From Eledone cirrhosa (lineage: Eukaryota), in assembly GCA_964016885.1 (NCBI GenBank), contig OZ024754.1, positions 8,556,001 to 8,620,000 on the forward strand: 64,000 nt of DNA. Direction: 5' to 3'. The notes beneath the pieces were generated by a model, which had not been told where the DNA came from, did not search any database, and saw nothing but the letters and a program-made list of their open reading frames with translations. This document shows positions 50,215 to 64,000 of this stretch, piece after piece. Numbering within the stretch: the stretch's first letter is position 1; each line of letters begins with the position of its first letter. The position numbers and the translations under genes were made by a program.

Positions 50215-50465
50215 TAGGCCTGTGCTTATCCCAGTTTTCATCTGGTGAAACAAACAACTATGTACAAGACTTACCCCTAGACAGGATACCAGTCCATCAC
50301 AGGATTAAACCCCCAGCTATTGCTGGTACTCATTTTCAGCTAAGTATACTGGTGAAATGAAGTGTTTTGCTCAAGACCACAACACACAACCCAGCCCAGG
50401 AATCAAACCCATGACATTATGATCATAAGTCCAACACCCTTACCACTAGGCCATGTACTTCCACA
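50215..50465 (-). mobile_element. Third tRNA-derived SINE type
   Basis: Minus strand TGGCCTAGTGGTAAGG..GGTTTGATTCC..TCTTGAGCAAAACACTT..CCTGTGATGGACTGG. Confidence 0.7.
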
Positions 50466-53400
50466 ATACTCCACCAATTATATGTTTATTCACTGAGTTG
50501 GACGTTCAGTCAATTGAACAACTGAATACTCATCTTTGAAGCTAATGGGGATCCATCATTGTTTTGTTTTTCTTAAAGTCAATGGGAGATCCCTCATTAT
50601 TTAGAAAAGGAGTGTGTTTCTTTGACAAGTCATCTGAAATTATGTAATAAAAGAAACGAGAGTGAAATAAGTATATAAGACAGGAAGACAAAGCGAGAAA
50701 ACTTAACACCAGACACCACTCACAAATATTTATTTCACCTTTCTAATATACATGACACTGATTAAAATAATTGCAATCAGTCATGGAGAAGATTATTATT
50801 TATGACAGCCAGGTCAGAACATGGTACCAACAGCGCAGGATGATAATGGGGGGTTTCCCCAAAATGAATAGCAGAAAAATAAACAATAACAACAAAAAAA
50901 CAAACAAACCAACAGACAAAAACGCAAACGAAACAAAAATAATAATAAAAAAAAAAAAAAAACATGAAAACCTCTTAAATTAATAAATACATCAGATATG
51001 ATCAAATGTTACAATTAATTAAAATAAAATATTTTAATAAACATTGAACATTGAAACATTGTATGTGTCGTCTCAAACATTGGAGTCGTTTAATAAATAT
51101 GGTTTCATTTTTTCCACTCTTCACCGAAATTAATATTATAGAATCGAATTGATGCAGGAAGTGGAGGAAAAAAAATAGAATTATGGTTTCTAATTTAGGC
51201 CAAAGGCCAGAAATATTATTAGGGAAGGGCAAGTCAATAATATTGACCTCCAGTACGTGACTGGTACTTGATTTTATCAACTGTGAAAGGATGAAAGGCA
51301 AAGTTGACCTCAGCAGGAATTCAACTCAGAACATCAAGAGCTAGAATAAATACTGTTAAGTATTTGTCCAATACTCTAGCAACTCTGCCAATCCAATAAT
51401 AATGATAATAACATTCTGTTTTAAAAGTCAATTTGAAATAGAAATATTGAAGAATATTATTATTTCTCATCATCATTTATGAATGCTTCATTTAATGTAG
51501 CTGCAGTTAAATTACACCTCTCTCTCTCTCTCTCTCTCACTCTTTCTTCTCTCTCACATACACTCCATCCTCATTCTGAATAAGTTGCAAAACATCAAGA
51601 AATAGAGCAATAATAGATTGTCTGGGAACCCGAGAGTTAACAGTTGAAGTTGACTAGTTTTTTTGTTGCTTTTTTTCAATAAAAGTTGAGCAAGTAAGTC
51701 ACAATTAAAACACCAGAAAAATGTAGCAAAGATTGAAAAAAAAAAAATTAAATTACAACTTGAAGGGAAAAAAATTAATTCCACTTTAAAGTGAAATAAT
51801 TTACCCTTATTGATTATAGATTATGGTTTGTAAGGTGATATATATATAAAAAAAATTTATCTCATCACATTGTGAATAAACAATTTGCTAATCTTTTATC
51901 AAGTTCTTCAGTTTTAGAGTCACTGAAAAATAAAATCTACAATTTCAATATGGAGATTTAAACATATAACATTAACATTAATCTGATGTATTTTTTAAAT
52001 ATATATAATTAATCCATATAGTTCTAATTACGGACAATACACAGATATTAATCTCATTAAAAAAAATAGGTAAAAGTTAACTAAACAACGACTATAAACT
52101 ACAAAATTTTGGAGAGCCTGACCTCATTTGTCAAGAACTAGCCATAACACTTTCTGGCTTTTTTTTAAAATATCTGGATGTTGGTAATTGGATAAAGATA
52201 AAGGACACTGAAGATGGAACAGTGGTCAATGAGTGATTGCGGCAGTCTCTTTTCACTAAACAAGATAACAATAAATATATTGGATCTTAAAGAAGTAGAT
52301 TCCGATAGCAGACTGCACCAGAGATTGGCTCCCTCTGAAAAATCTATCTTGTTTGTATTCATCTCAAAAATTAGGTACACCACCAATTTTCCAGCAACTG
52401 ACGATCCAGCACCTCGTTAAATCTGAACATCATTATGAACAGATACCTGAATTTCCTGTAACCTGCCAGAGTAGTTTATTAGATAGGCACAGGTGGTGCT
52501 GTGTATTAATTGTGATCACCTGAATATCTGGATATCAGTGGCTGTTGTAACTCTAGTGAATTGGGGGAAAGTTTGTAACCTATTTAACTCTAGTTATAAC
52601 TTCCAAACACAGTGCAAGTGTTAAAATATTTGTGTGTGTACAGTGTGTACAGTTGAGGTGTGGGTATGAGGTTTCCACCTTAAAAATATGTTCCTAGTAA
52701 ATAAACGAAGGTGTGTTGTGAAAGTTTTATGGAGAAAAACTTAATAAAATGGCGGCAGTCTCTTAGGAATTTACCGTCATGTTGTTATCACACAACATCT
52801 ATAATGGCTAATTTGGCACCGGTCTGGATTTGAAACCAAGAACCAAAGGTGTCAGGAAATTGTTGGTGTGCCTATGTTTAATTTCAATCAGACAAAGTCT
52901 GTTCTATTACAAAATAATACAGATGTGGAAAATGGACTGGAAAGTGATAAAACCATGATAGAATATTGGCAATAAGAAGAATGGATTCTCTGGGTTTCTC
53001 TTGTATTCATGCTCTTTTCAAAAGGGAAAATAAGTTGTTAAAAAAAAGAGAGAGAGGAAAAACTAGCAATATCTTTTCACCTTCAGATTTGCTTACATTG
53101 TACTTTAAAAAAAAAAAAGATTTAAGTATTAAACTTTTCATTAAACTGATTTGTTTTAGTTGTGGTAAATATATCATCAACATAAACTGAAATAATGTTG
53201 AAACCTAACAGAACTGTTAAAAACTGGAATGGAACTGGATTTAAACTGGAATAGTTCTGAATTACTAAAAAACTGGATTTAAACTGGAATAATTCTGAAA
53301 GCTAATGGAACTGCTAAAAACTGGAATAAAATTGGATTTAAACTGGAATAATTCTGAAAACTATCAGAATTGCTAAAAACTGAAATAATTCAAATGCTAC

Positions 53401-53738
53401 AAACAGGAATAAAAATAAACTTAGATTTAAACTGAAACCTAACAGAACTGCTAAAAACAAATAAACAGAAAAATTAGGAAAATATTTATATTTACAATTA
53501 ATTGAGCTACTTTACTCACTGGAAACAGAAGAATTTCAACATTTACAACTAAAGAAGCTGATAACAAAGATAAAATGTGTTTCACTTGAAAAGTACAGTG
53601 ATTAGTTATGATATAAACTAGTCATGTGGTGGAAAGTATGTATGTATGTGTGTGTGTGTATATATATATAAAGGGTTGTGCCCCAGCATGACCTCTTCAG
53701 CCAGATGACTGGAACAGGTAAAAGAGTATATATATACA

Positions 53739-53837
53739 CAGGGTATCTCAAAAAATGTATACACACTTTGATTACCTGTACAGACAATATTTATTAGAAT
53801 GCTGTTGAAGTGTGAATACATTTTTTGGGAATACCAT
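53739..53837. mobile_element. ~100-bp Tc1/mariner-type MITE
   Basis: Homologous to 5940-6039; TIR CAGGGTATCTCAAAAAATGTATACAC. Confidence 0.7.
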
Positions 53838-54624
53838 ATATATATATATATATATATGCATGTGTGTTTGCATGTTTATGTATGTTTTGTGTGTATATGT
53901 ATACGTTTTTCGTGTGAGTGTATCTGTGTGTATATATATGTTTTTCGTGTGTGAGTCTACATATGTGTATGTATCTGTATGTGTATGTATGTGTGAGAGT
54001 CTATCTGTGTGTCAGTGTCTGTCTCTGTGTATGTGTGTGTGTGAGAGTCTATCTGTGTGTGTCAGTATCTGTCTCGGTATATATATGTGTGTGTGTGTGT
54101 GTGTGGAAGAGTCTATTTGTGTGTTAAAAGGTGGAGCTATTTAATGAAGGGAAAAATATTTTTTTTCTTAAATAAAAAAATAAAGAAACAAAAAACAATA
54201 AATTTGTAAATTATATAGATAATTAAGGTTTTAATTTATTTTTTAAAATAATTTGTTTAAAAAACAACAAAAAAATAATAATAATGATAATATTAATATT
54301 AATAATAATAATAATAATAAAAATCTGAATGAAATTAAGAGTTGAGTTCACAAACATATACATATAAAAAAACGCATGGATTCCATCCAACAAGTTCAGA
54401 TATAACCTGTTGGGCTTTGATATATTTTTCCTAACTGTAACAATATCAGATAGAAGCAGTGACAATATATGTATCAGTGCCAACATTCGTATAAATTATG
54501 GATCTTTACAATATTGATTGCACTCTATCAACATCTCATTCCCTTTTCCAATCTGTTAGTGAGTTGAATTTGTTGGTTGGTTGGTTTGTTGGTTTGTTTG
54601 TTTTGTTGGTTCTGTTGTTTATTT

Positions 54625-54723
54625 TTAATTAGTACGTAATTGGTAATCTCCGTTCTGGGTGATATAACGCACCCATGGTAGAGCCTGGTAACCACTCTTC
54701 TCAATAATTTTCAAGTAGCGTAC
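54625..54723 (-). CDS. AP1M1: AP-1 complex subunit mu, last coding exon
   Basis: CTAG acceptor; VRYLKIIEKSGYQALPWVRYITQNGDYQLRTN*. Confidence 0.97.
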   Translation of the reverse strand, partial: VRYLKIIEKSGYQALPWVRYITQNGDYQLRTN

Positions 54724-54827
54724 CTAGAAGTAAACACAGAAAATGTCAAATAATTACTGAGCCAAGAATACAAGCAGATGTTAAACGATGATTAAATGAT
54801 GAAGATGAAGCTGATAGTAACCCCTTG

Positions 54828-57800
54828 GAACAGAGAATCCAGGCATTCGATAACAAGAGCCTCAGAAGGTTGTTACACATCTCATACATGGAGAACAAGA
54901 GCCTCAGAAGGCTGCTACACATCTAATACATGGAGGACAACTGCTTCAGAAGGCTGCTACACATCTCATACATGGAGAACAACTGCCTCAGAAGGTTGCT
55001 ACACATTTTGTACATGGAGAACAACTGCTTCAGAAGGTTGCTACACATCTAATACATGGAGGACAACTGCTTCAGAAGGCTGTTACACATCTCATACATG
55101 GAGAACAACTGCTTCAGAAGGCTGTTACACATCTCATACATGGAGGACAACTGCTTCAGAAGGCTGCTACACATCTCATACATGGAGAACAACTGCTTCA
55201 GAAGGCTGTTACACATCTCATACATGGAGAACAACTGCTTCAGAAGGCTGCTACACATCTCATACATGGAGGACAACTGCTTCAGAAGGCTGCTACACAT
55301 CTCATACATGGAGAACAACTGCTTCAGAAGGCTGTTACACATCTCATACATGGAGAACAACTGCTTCAGAAGGCTGCTACACATCTCATACATGGAGAAC
55401 AACTGCTTCAGAAGGCTGTTACACATCTCATACATGGAGAACAACTGCTTCAGAAGGCTGTTACACATCTCATACATGGAGAACAACTGCTTCAGAAGGC
55501 TGCTACACATCTCATACATGGAGGACAACTGCTTCAGAAGGCTGCTACACATCTCATACATGGAGGACAACTGCTTCAGAAGGCTGCTACACATCTCATA
55601 CATGGAGAACAACTGCTTCAGAAGGCTGCTACACATCTCATACATGGAGAACAATTGCTTCAGAAGGTTGCTACCCATCTCATACATGGAGAACAACTGC
55701 TTCAGAAGGCTGCTACACATCTCATACATGGAGAACAACTGCTTCAGAAGGTTGCTACACATCTTGTACATGGAGAACAACTGCTTCAGAAGGCTGCTAC
55801 ACATCTCATACATGGAGAACAACTGCTTCAGAAGGCTGCTACACATCTCATACATGGAGAACAACTGCTTCAGAAGGCTGCTACACATCTCATACATGGA
55901 GAACAACTGCTTCAGAAGGCTGTTACACATCTCATACATGGAGAACAACTGCTTCAGAAGGTTGCTACACATCTCATACATGGAGGACAACTGCTTCAGA
56001 AGGCTGCTACACATCTCATACATGGAGAACAACTGCTTCAGAAGGCTGCTACACATCTCATACATGGAGAACAACTGCTTCAGAAGGCTGCTACACATCT
56101 CATACATGGAGAACAACTGCTTCAGAAGGCTGTTACACATCTCATACATGGAGAACAACTGCTTCAGAAGGTTGCTACACATCTTGTACATGGAGAACAA
56201 CTGCTTCAGAAGGTTGCTACCCATCTCATACATGGAGAACAACTGCTTCAGAAGGCTGTTACACATCTCATACATGGAGAACAACTGCTTCAGAAGGCTG
56301 CTACACATCTAATACATGGAGAACAACTGCTTCAGAAGGTTGCTACACATCTTGTACATGGAGAACAACTGCTTCAGAAGGCTGCTACACATCTCATACA
56401 TGGAGAACAACTGCTTCAGAAGGTTGCTACACATCTTGTACATGGAGAACAACTGCTTCAGAAGGCTGTTACACATCTCATACATGGAGAACAACTGCCT
56501 CAGAAGGCTGCTACACATCTCATACATGGAGAACAACTGCCTCAGAAGGCTACTACACATCTCATACATGGAGAACAACTGCTTCAGAAGGCTGTTACAC
56601 ATCTCATACATGGAGAACAACTGCTTCAGAAGGTTGCTACACATCTTGTACATGGAGAACAACTGCTTCAGAAGGTTGCTACACATCTTGTACATGGAGA
56701 ACAACTGCTTCAGAAGGCTACTACACATCTAATACATGGAGAACAACTGCCTCAGAAGGTTGCTACACATCTTGTACATGGAGAACAACTGCTTCAGAAG
56801 GTTGCTACACATCTTGTACATGGAGGACAACTGCTTCAGAAGGTTGCTACACATCTAATACATGGAGAACAACTGCTTCAGAAGGTTGCTACACATCTTG
56901 TACATGGAGAACAACTGCTTCAGAAGGCTACTACACATCTAATACATGGAGAACAACTGCCTCAGAAGGTTGCTACACATCTTGTACATGGAGAACAACT
57001 GCTTCAGAAGGTTGCTACACATCTTGTACATGGAGGACAACTGCTTCAGAAGGTTGCTACACATCTAATACATGGAGAACAACTGCCTCAGAAGGTTGCT
57101 ACACATCTCATACATGGAGAACAACTGCTTCAGAAGGTTGCTACACATCTTGTACATGGAGAACAACTGCTTCAGAAGGTTGCTACACATCTTGTACATG
57201 GAGAACAACTGCTTCAGAAGGCTGTTACACATCTCATACATGGAGAACAACTGCCTCAGAAGGTTGCTACACATCTTGTACATGGAGAACAACTGCTTCA
57301 GAAGGCTGTTACACATCTCATACATGGAGAACAACTGCTTCAGAAGGTTGCTACCCATCTCATACATGGAGAACAACTGCTTCAGAAGGCTGCTACACAT
57401 CTCATACATGGAGAACAACTGCTTCAGAAGGCTGCTACACATCTCATACATGGAGAACAACTGCTTCAGAAGGCTGCTACACATTTTGTACATGGAGGAC
57501 AACTGCTTCAGAAGGTTGCTACACATCTCATACATGGAGAACAACTGCTTCAGAAGGTTGCTACACATTTTGTACATGGAGGACAACTGCTTCAGAAGGC
57601 TGCTACACATCTCATACATGGAGGACAACTGCTTCAGAAGGCTGCTACACATCTCATACATGAAGGACAACTGCTTCAGAAGGTTGCTACCCATCTCATA
57701 CATGAAGGACAACTGCTTCAGAAGGTTGCTACACATCTCATACATGGAGAACAACTGCTTCAGAAGGCTGCTACACATCTCATACATGGAGAACAACTGC

Positions 57801-60800
57801 TTCAGAAGGTTGCTACACATCTTGTACATGGAGAACAACTGCCTCAGAAGGTTGCTACACATCTCATACATGGAGGACAACTGCTTCAGAAGGCTGTTAC
57901 ACATCTCATACATGGAGAACAACTGCCTCAGAAGGTTGCTACACATCTCATACATGGAGGACAACTGCTTCAGAAGGTTGCTACACATCTCATACATGGA
58001 GGACAACTGCTTCAGAAGGTTGCTACACATCTCATACATGGAGAACAACTGCTTCAGAAGGTTGCTACACATCTCATACATGGAGAACAACTGCCTCAGA
58101 AGGTTGCTACACATCTCATACATGGAGGACAACTGCTTCAGAAGGCTGCTACACATCTCATACATGGAGGACAACTGCTTCAGAAGGCTGCTACACATCT
58201 CATACATGGAGGACAACTGCTTCAGAAGGCTGCTACACATCTCATACATGGAGGACAACTGCTTCAGAAGGCTGCTACACATCTCATACATGGAGAACAA
58301 CTGCTTCAGAAGGTTGCTACACATCTCATACATGGAGGACAACTGCTTCAGAAGGTTGCTACACATCTCATACATGGAGAACAACTGCTTCAGAAGGTTG
58401 CTACACATCTCATACATGGAGAACAACTGCTTCAGAAGGCTGCTACACATCTAATACATGGAGAACAACTGCTTCAGAAGGTTGCTACACATCTCATACA
58501 TGGAGAACAACTGCTTCAGAAGGCTGCTACACATCTAATACATGGAGAACAACTGCTTCAGAAGGCTGCTACACATCTCATACATGGAGAACAACTGCTT
58601 CAGAAGGTTGCTACACCTCTCATACATGGAGGACAACTGCTTCAGAAGGCTGCTACACATCTCATACATGGAGAACAACTGCCTCAGAAGGTTGCTACAC
58701 ATCTCATACATGGAGGACAACTGCTTCAGAAGGTTGCTACACATCTCATACATGGAGAACAACTGCTTCAGAAGGTTGCTACACATCTCATACATGGAGA
58801 ACAACTGCCTCAGAAGGTTGCTACACATCTCATACATGGAGGACAACTGCTTCAGAAGGTTGCTATACATCTCATACATGGAGGACAACTGCTTCAGAAG
58901 GTTGCTACACATCTCATACATGGAGAACAACTGCTTCAGAAGGCTGTTACACATCTCATACATGGAGGACAACTGCTTCAGAAGGTTGCTACACATCTCA
59001 TACATGGAGGACAACTGCTTCAGAAGGTTGCTACACATCTCATACATGGAGAACAACTGCTTCAGAAGGTTGCTACACATCTCATACATGGAGAACAACT
59101 GCCTCAGAAGGCTGTTACACATCTCATACATGGAGGACAACTGCTTCAGAAGGCTGCTACACATCTCATACATGGAGAACAACTGCTTCAGAAGGCTACT
59201 ACACATCTCATACATGGAGGACAACTGCTTCAGAAGGTTGCTATACATCTCATACATGAAGGACAACTGCTTCAGAAGGTTGCTACCCATCTCATACATG
59301 GAGAACAACTGCTTCAGAAGGTTGCTACACATCTTGTACATGGAGAACAACTGCTTCAGAAGGCTGCTACACATCTCATACATGGAGAACAACTGCTTCA
59401 GAAGGCTACTACACATCTCATACATGGAGGACAACTGCTTCAGAAGGTTGCTATACATCTCATACATGAAGGACAACTGCTTCAGAAGGTTGCTACCCAT
59501 CTCATACATGGAGAACAACTGCTTCAGAAGGTTGCTACACATCTCATACATGGAGGACAACTGCTTCAGAAGGTTGCTACACATCTCATACATGGAGAAC
59601 AACTGCTTCAGAAGGTTGCTACACATCTCATACATGGAGAACAACTGCTTCAGAAGGTTGCTACCCATCTCATACATGGAGAACAACTGCTTCAGAAGGC
59701 TACTACACATCTCATACATGGAGGACAACTGCTTCAGAAGGCTGTTACACATCTCATACATGGAGAACAACTGCCTCAGAAGGTTGCTACACATCTCATA
59801 CATGGAGAACAACTGCCTCAGAAGGTTGCTACACATTTTGTACATGGAGAACAACTGCTTCAGAAGGCTGCTACACATCTAATACATGGAGAACAACTGC
59901 TTCAGAAGGCTGCTACACATCTCATACATGGAGAACAACTGCTTCAGAAGGCTGCTACACATCTAATACATGGAGAACAACTGCTTCAGAAGGTTGCTAC
60001 ACATCTCATACATGGAGAACAACTGCCTCAGAAGGTTGCTACACATTTTGTACATGGAGAACAACTGCTTCAGAAGGCTGCTACACATCTCATACATGGA
60101 GGACAACTGCTTCAGAAGGCTGTTACACATCTCATACATGGAGAACAACTGCCTCAGAAGGTTGCTACACATCTCATACATGGAGAACAACTGCTTCAGA
60201 AGGTTGCTACACATCTTGTACATGGAGAACAACTGCCTCAGAAGGCTACTACACATCTAATACATGGAGAACAACTGCTTCAGAAGGCTGCTACACATCT
60301 CATACATGGAGAACAACTGCTTCAGAAGGCTGCTACACATCTAATACATGGAGAACAACTGCTTCAGAAGGTTGCTACACATCTCATACATGGAGAACAA
60401 CTGCCTCAGAAGGTTGCTACACATTTTGTACATGGAGAACAACTGCTTCAGAAGGCTGCTACACATCTAATACATGGAGAACAACTGCTTCAGAAGGCTG
60501 CTACACATCTAATACATGGAGAACAACTGCTTCAGAAGGCTGCTACACATCTCATACATGGAGAACAACTGCTTCAGAAGGCTGCTACACATCTAATACA
60601 TGGAGAACAACTGCTTCAGAAGGCTGCTACACATCTCATACATGGAGAACAACTGCCTCAGAAGGTTGCTACACATTTTGTACATGGAGAACAACTGCTT
60701 CAGAAGGCTGCTACACATCTCATACATGGAGGACAACTGCTTCAGAAGGCTGCTACACCTCTCATACATGGAGAACAACTGTTTCAGAAGGCTGCTACAC

Positions 60801-61475
60801 ATGTCATACATGGAGAACAACTGCTTCAGAAGGCTACTACACATCTCATACATGGAGGACAACTGCTTCAGAAGGTTGCTATACATCTCATACATGGAGG
60901 ACAACTGCTTCAGAAGGTTGCTATACATCTCATACATGGAGGACAACTGCTTCAGAAGGCTGTTACACATCTCATACATGGAGGACAACTGCTTCAGAAG
61001 GCTGCTACACATCTCATACATGGAGAATAACTGCCTCAGAAGGCTGCTACACATCTAATACATGGAGGACAACTGCTTCAGAAGGCTGTTACACATCTTG
61101 AACATGGAGAATAACTGCCTCAGAAGGTTGCTACACATCTTGTACATAGAGAACAACTGCCTCAGAAGGTTGCTACACATCTTGTACATGGAGGACAACT
61201 GCTTCAGAAGGCTGTTACACATCTCATACATGGAGCACAACTGCTTCAGAAGGTTGCTACACATCTTGTACATGGAGGACAAAACAAACAACTTTGTCAG
61301 GCAGCAAGTTAAATATACTGGCACACAGGAACCACTCCTTGCGATGGTGAAATGATGGAAGCTTGCCTGGTATGGTCATGTATCCTGCCACAACTCCTTG
61401 TGTGTCCTTCAGGACACAGTCAAGGGAAGGCAAAGGAGAGGCAAAGAAAATCCTGGTCCGACAACATCAAAGACT
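54828..61475 (+). mobile_element. RTE LINE remnant split by the 42-bp satellite
   Basis: Left flank EQRIQAFDNKSLRRLLHISY; right flank EDKTNNFVRQQVKYTGTQEPLLAMVK*WKLAWYGHV..KSWSDNIKD. Confidence 0.9.
54849..61274. repeat. 42-bp tandem satellite, 153 units, in an AP-1 mu intron
   Basis: GAGAACAACTGCTTCAGAAGGCTGCTACACATCTCATACATG; 61275-54849 = 6426 = 153 x 42. Confidence 0.98.
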
Positions 61476-61623
61476 GCAGCTCTCAATTTCTTTTTAGTTT
61501 TGAAATATGCAATAAATATTTATTATCTAAATTGCTCAATTCTATTTCATTATGACTTAAAACTAGTTCAAAGGTTTCTACTATGTGTACCGTTAGTAAG
61601 TTATTAAAAAGTTGTGAACTTAC

Positions 61624-61749
61624 CTGTATTCCGGAAACTGTAAAATAAGGAATTTCAAATTTCACTTGTATAGGGGGTTTTCCTTCTGAGTCCTCTCCTA
61701 TAACACTTGGAAGACCAAAGTGAGCTCTCATCAAATATTCTTTTCCGCC
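61624..61749 (-). CDS. AP1M1: AP-1 complex subunit mu, exon (126 nt)
   Basis: GGKEYLMRAHFGLPSVIGEDSEGKPPIQVKFEIPYFTVSGIQ; AG/GT flanks, phase 0. Confidence 0.97.
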
Positions 61750-62379
61750 CTGAAATAATGTAACAGCAGCACTTTATTCAATGATACACACCTAAACATA
61801 CTTTCACTGTTTTATATGTTCCAGCCAAACGGCTGAGGCCATGCTGGGGCACTGCCATTATAATTATGTTCTAGAGGCTTTTGTATGTCATGTGAGACCA
61901 TGGATAAGCATCGATGTTGACTAAAGGAAAGGCAAGGGATGCTACAGCTTGACACCAATGACATCACAGTCAGAATGTAAATGGAGTGAAACAGATACTG
62001 CAAACTATCACATCCGACAAACTAACAATTCCACCAATCTACTATCCTGGCTAGGTACTTTATCACTCTCAAAAGGATGTAAGATAAAGTTAACCTTAGT
62101 GGGATTTGAACTCAGTGTCGAGAGCCAGAACAAGTTTGTCAACACATTTTACCAGATATTCTAACCTGCCACTAAATAATAATGTTAGTAGGGAAAGTGG
62201 CAGACGTTTATGATGATGATGATGATGTGCATCCAGTTTAGAATAGGTACACCGTATCCCTGAGTGTTGTAAGAAGCAACCGAAAGGGCTGGTGTCAGAA
62301 AAGGAATCTGGCTGTAAAAGATCACTTCAAAAAAGTCCTGTCCAACCCATGCCAGCATGGAAAAGTGGATGTAAAATAA

Positions 62380-62590
62380 TGGTTTCTGATTTAGGCACAA
62401 GGCCAACAATTTTGCGGGACAGGGAAAGCCGATTAAATTGACACCAGTGCATTACTGGTACTTTATTTTATCGACCCTATAGGGATGAAAGGCAAAGCTA
62501 ATTTCGATGGGATTTTAACTCAGAACGTAAAGGGCCACAACTCTACGCCGCAAAGCATGTTGTCCGACGCTCTACCGATTCTGCCAATAA
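62380..62590 (-). mobile_element. SINE family B
   Basis: GGCACAAGGCC..GTACTTTATTTTATCGACCC..GATGAAAGGC..CTCTACCGATTCTGCCAA; similar copy at ~51185-51395. Confidence 0.8.
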
Positions 62591-62686
62591 TGATGATCAA
62601 ATAGATTATTAAGTTTGCCGTTTTCTGAAACAGAACAAAAGTGAAATATCAAGGGTGTAACAGCTCCCAAATCTATCAATACTCAC

Positions 62687-62845
62687 GGGGAAAGACTTTA
62701 TTGTCCAGATAACAGCATTTAATTCTGGGGTATATTTGCAGCCTCCAACAGTGGTCTTGAATTTAGGGGAGTCAGCATCTTGTGGAACTGGAATGATGAT
62801 TTCCACATTGTTTGCGGTGGAACGGCGCTTGAACTGACTTTTAGC
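62687..62845 (-). CDS. AP1M1: AP-1 complex subunit mu, exon (159 nt)
   Basis: AKSQFKRRSTANNVEIIIPVPQDADSPKFKTTVGGCKYTPELNAVIWTIKSFP; AG/GT flanks. Confidence 0.97.
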
Positions 62846-63337
62846 CTTTTAAACAGAAACAAACAATTTATCAATTTCAGTTGGTCACTGATTTAAATAT
62901 CAAATTATAACAATAAACCAACTAAACCAGAGAGGAGGGTGGAAGGGGGAGAGGGTGACAGGGGGGGGGGGCAGAGAGAGAGGGTGTGGCAGCGGTGGGG
63001 GAGATGGAAGAGAGAGGGTGGGACAGGGAGGGATGGCAGTGAGAGGGGGGAGATAGCAGAGAGAGAGAGAGAGATGGTGTGACGGAGGGCGGGGAGATAG
63101 CAGAGAGAGAGGGTGTGACAGTGGGAGGAATGGACTCAAACCCCAGTGCTAGACTGGTACTTTATTTATCATCCCAGAAAAGATGAAAGACAAAGTTGAC
63201 TTCAGTGGAATTTGAAGAGTACAAAAGAGAAGGAACACCATGAAGTATTCAACCCAACACTCTAATGAGCCTGCCAATTAATTCACCACCTTAATTAGGA
63301 TTTATTTCAAAGCAAACCAAAACATATATCATCTTAC

Positions 63338-63409
63338 TTTAATCATATATTCAACACGGCTATGAGCATGGCGCTCAATCACAGACTCAACCCAAATCAG
63401 AGGTTTCAC
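63338..63409 (-). CDS. AP1M1: AP-1 complex subunit mu, exon (72 nt); upstream exons lie beyond the window
   Basis: VKPLIWVESVIERHAHSRVEYMIK; CAG acceptor and GTAAG donor. Confidence 0.97.
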
Positions 63410-64000
63410 CTGAAAAATAAATCAAATGAATTGATTTTCAGTTTTTATAAACACACAAATTGTTATAGTGGAATTTTTATTTTCAGAGACAAAATTTAAA
63501 CCTATTCATAGCAAACCACCAGAAATCACCCTGGATTTATGATACAAAACTACTCCTTTTTAAATGCTTATCTTTATATTAAATCCTCCCATCATCACGG
63601 GCAGACTTTCACCTGCTGAAACTCTAGGCTATATGAAATACGAAGACATTCACTATGTTTGTAGTGCACCTGAGCACTTTACACAATAATTTCATTATTA
63701 AATATGGGATATAAAAATTATGTCATTATTACTATAATCATTATTTTTTATATTAATGTTTATGATAAAGAATAAATTAGATATAAGTTTAAAAGATATA
63801 TATACACAGAGAAAAAGTATATATTTTTTGAGAAACGTACAGCATTTTGAAATTAGGTTTAAATTTAAAGCTCATTTCAAAGTGAATAGACTGGAACGTT
63901 TTGCTTTGAGAGTTCCCCATACTCTGACCTAGGGAATTCTTAGTCCCGAAATATTAGGACGAAACGAAAAAAAAGATGATAATAAACACCAGGTAACTAA

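Noticed and set aside
52165-52420. Short ORFs on both strands downstream of AP-1 mu
   Set aside because: No recognisable domain or convincing splice structure; more likely UTR or intergenic
54796-61058. Giant ORFs (955, 1791, 460 aa etc.) as novel repeat proteins
   Set aside because: They are by-products of a 42-bp (multiple-of-3) satellite that is open in several frames on both strands and lies in an intron

Overview
This is an AT-rich, repeat-dense animal genomic window. The SINE, RTE-LINE and microsatellite landscape resembles a coleoid cephalopod such as Octopus; that assignment is inference. Three host genes are supported. The first is a 3-exon BMP/GDF-type TGF-beta ligand (+, 9623-18628, ~429 aa) whose mature domain lacks the interchain cysteine. 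The second is a Topors-like RING E3 ligase with one very large coding exon (+, 35054-39754). The third is the last four exons of the AP-1 mu subunit (-, 54625-63409). The rest is tandem arrays (71-, 48-, 43/40-, 42- and 39-bp units), tRNA-derived SINEs, RTE/CR1/CRE/Penelope remnants and Tc1/mariner or piggyBac-type elements. Three signals stand out. (1) At least seven type-I hammerhead-ribozyme motifs occur, most inside fold-back palindromes and several with a non-canonical pair at the base of stem II. (2) A 6.4-kb, 153-unit satellite arose by in-frame amplification of 14 codons of an RTE LINE ORF inside an AP-1 mu intron. (3) The TGF-beta ligand is divergent and has six cysteines. Coordinates were read by eye, so repeat edges are approximate.
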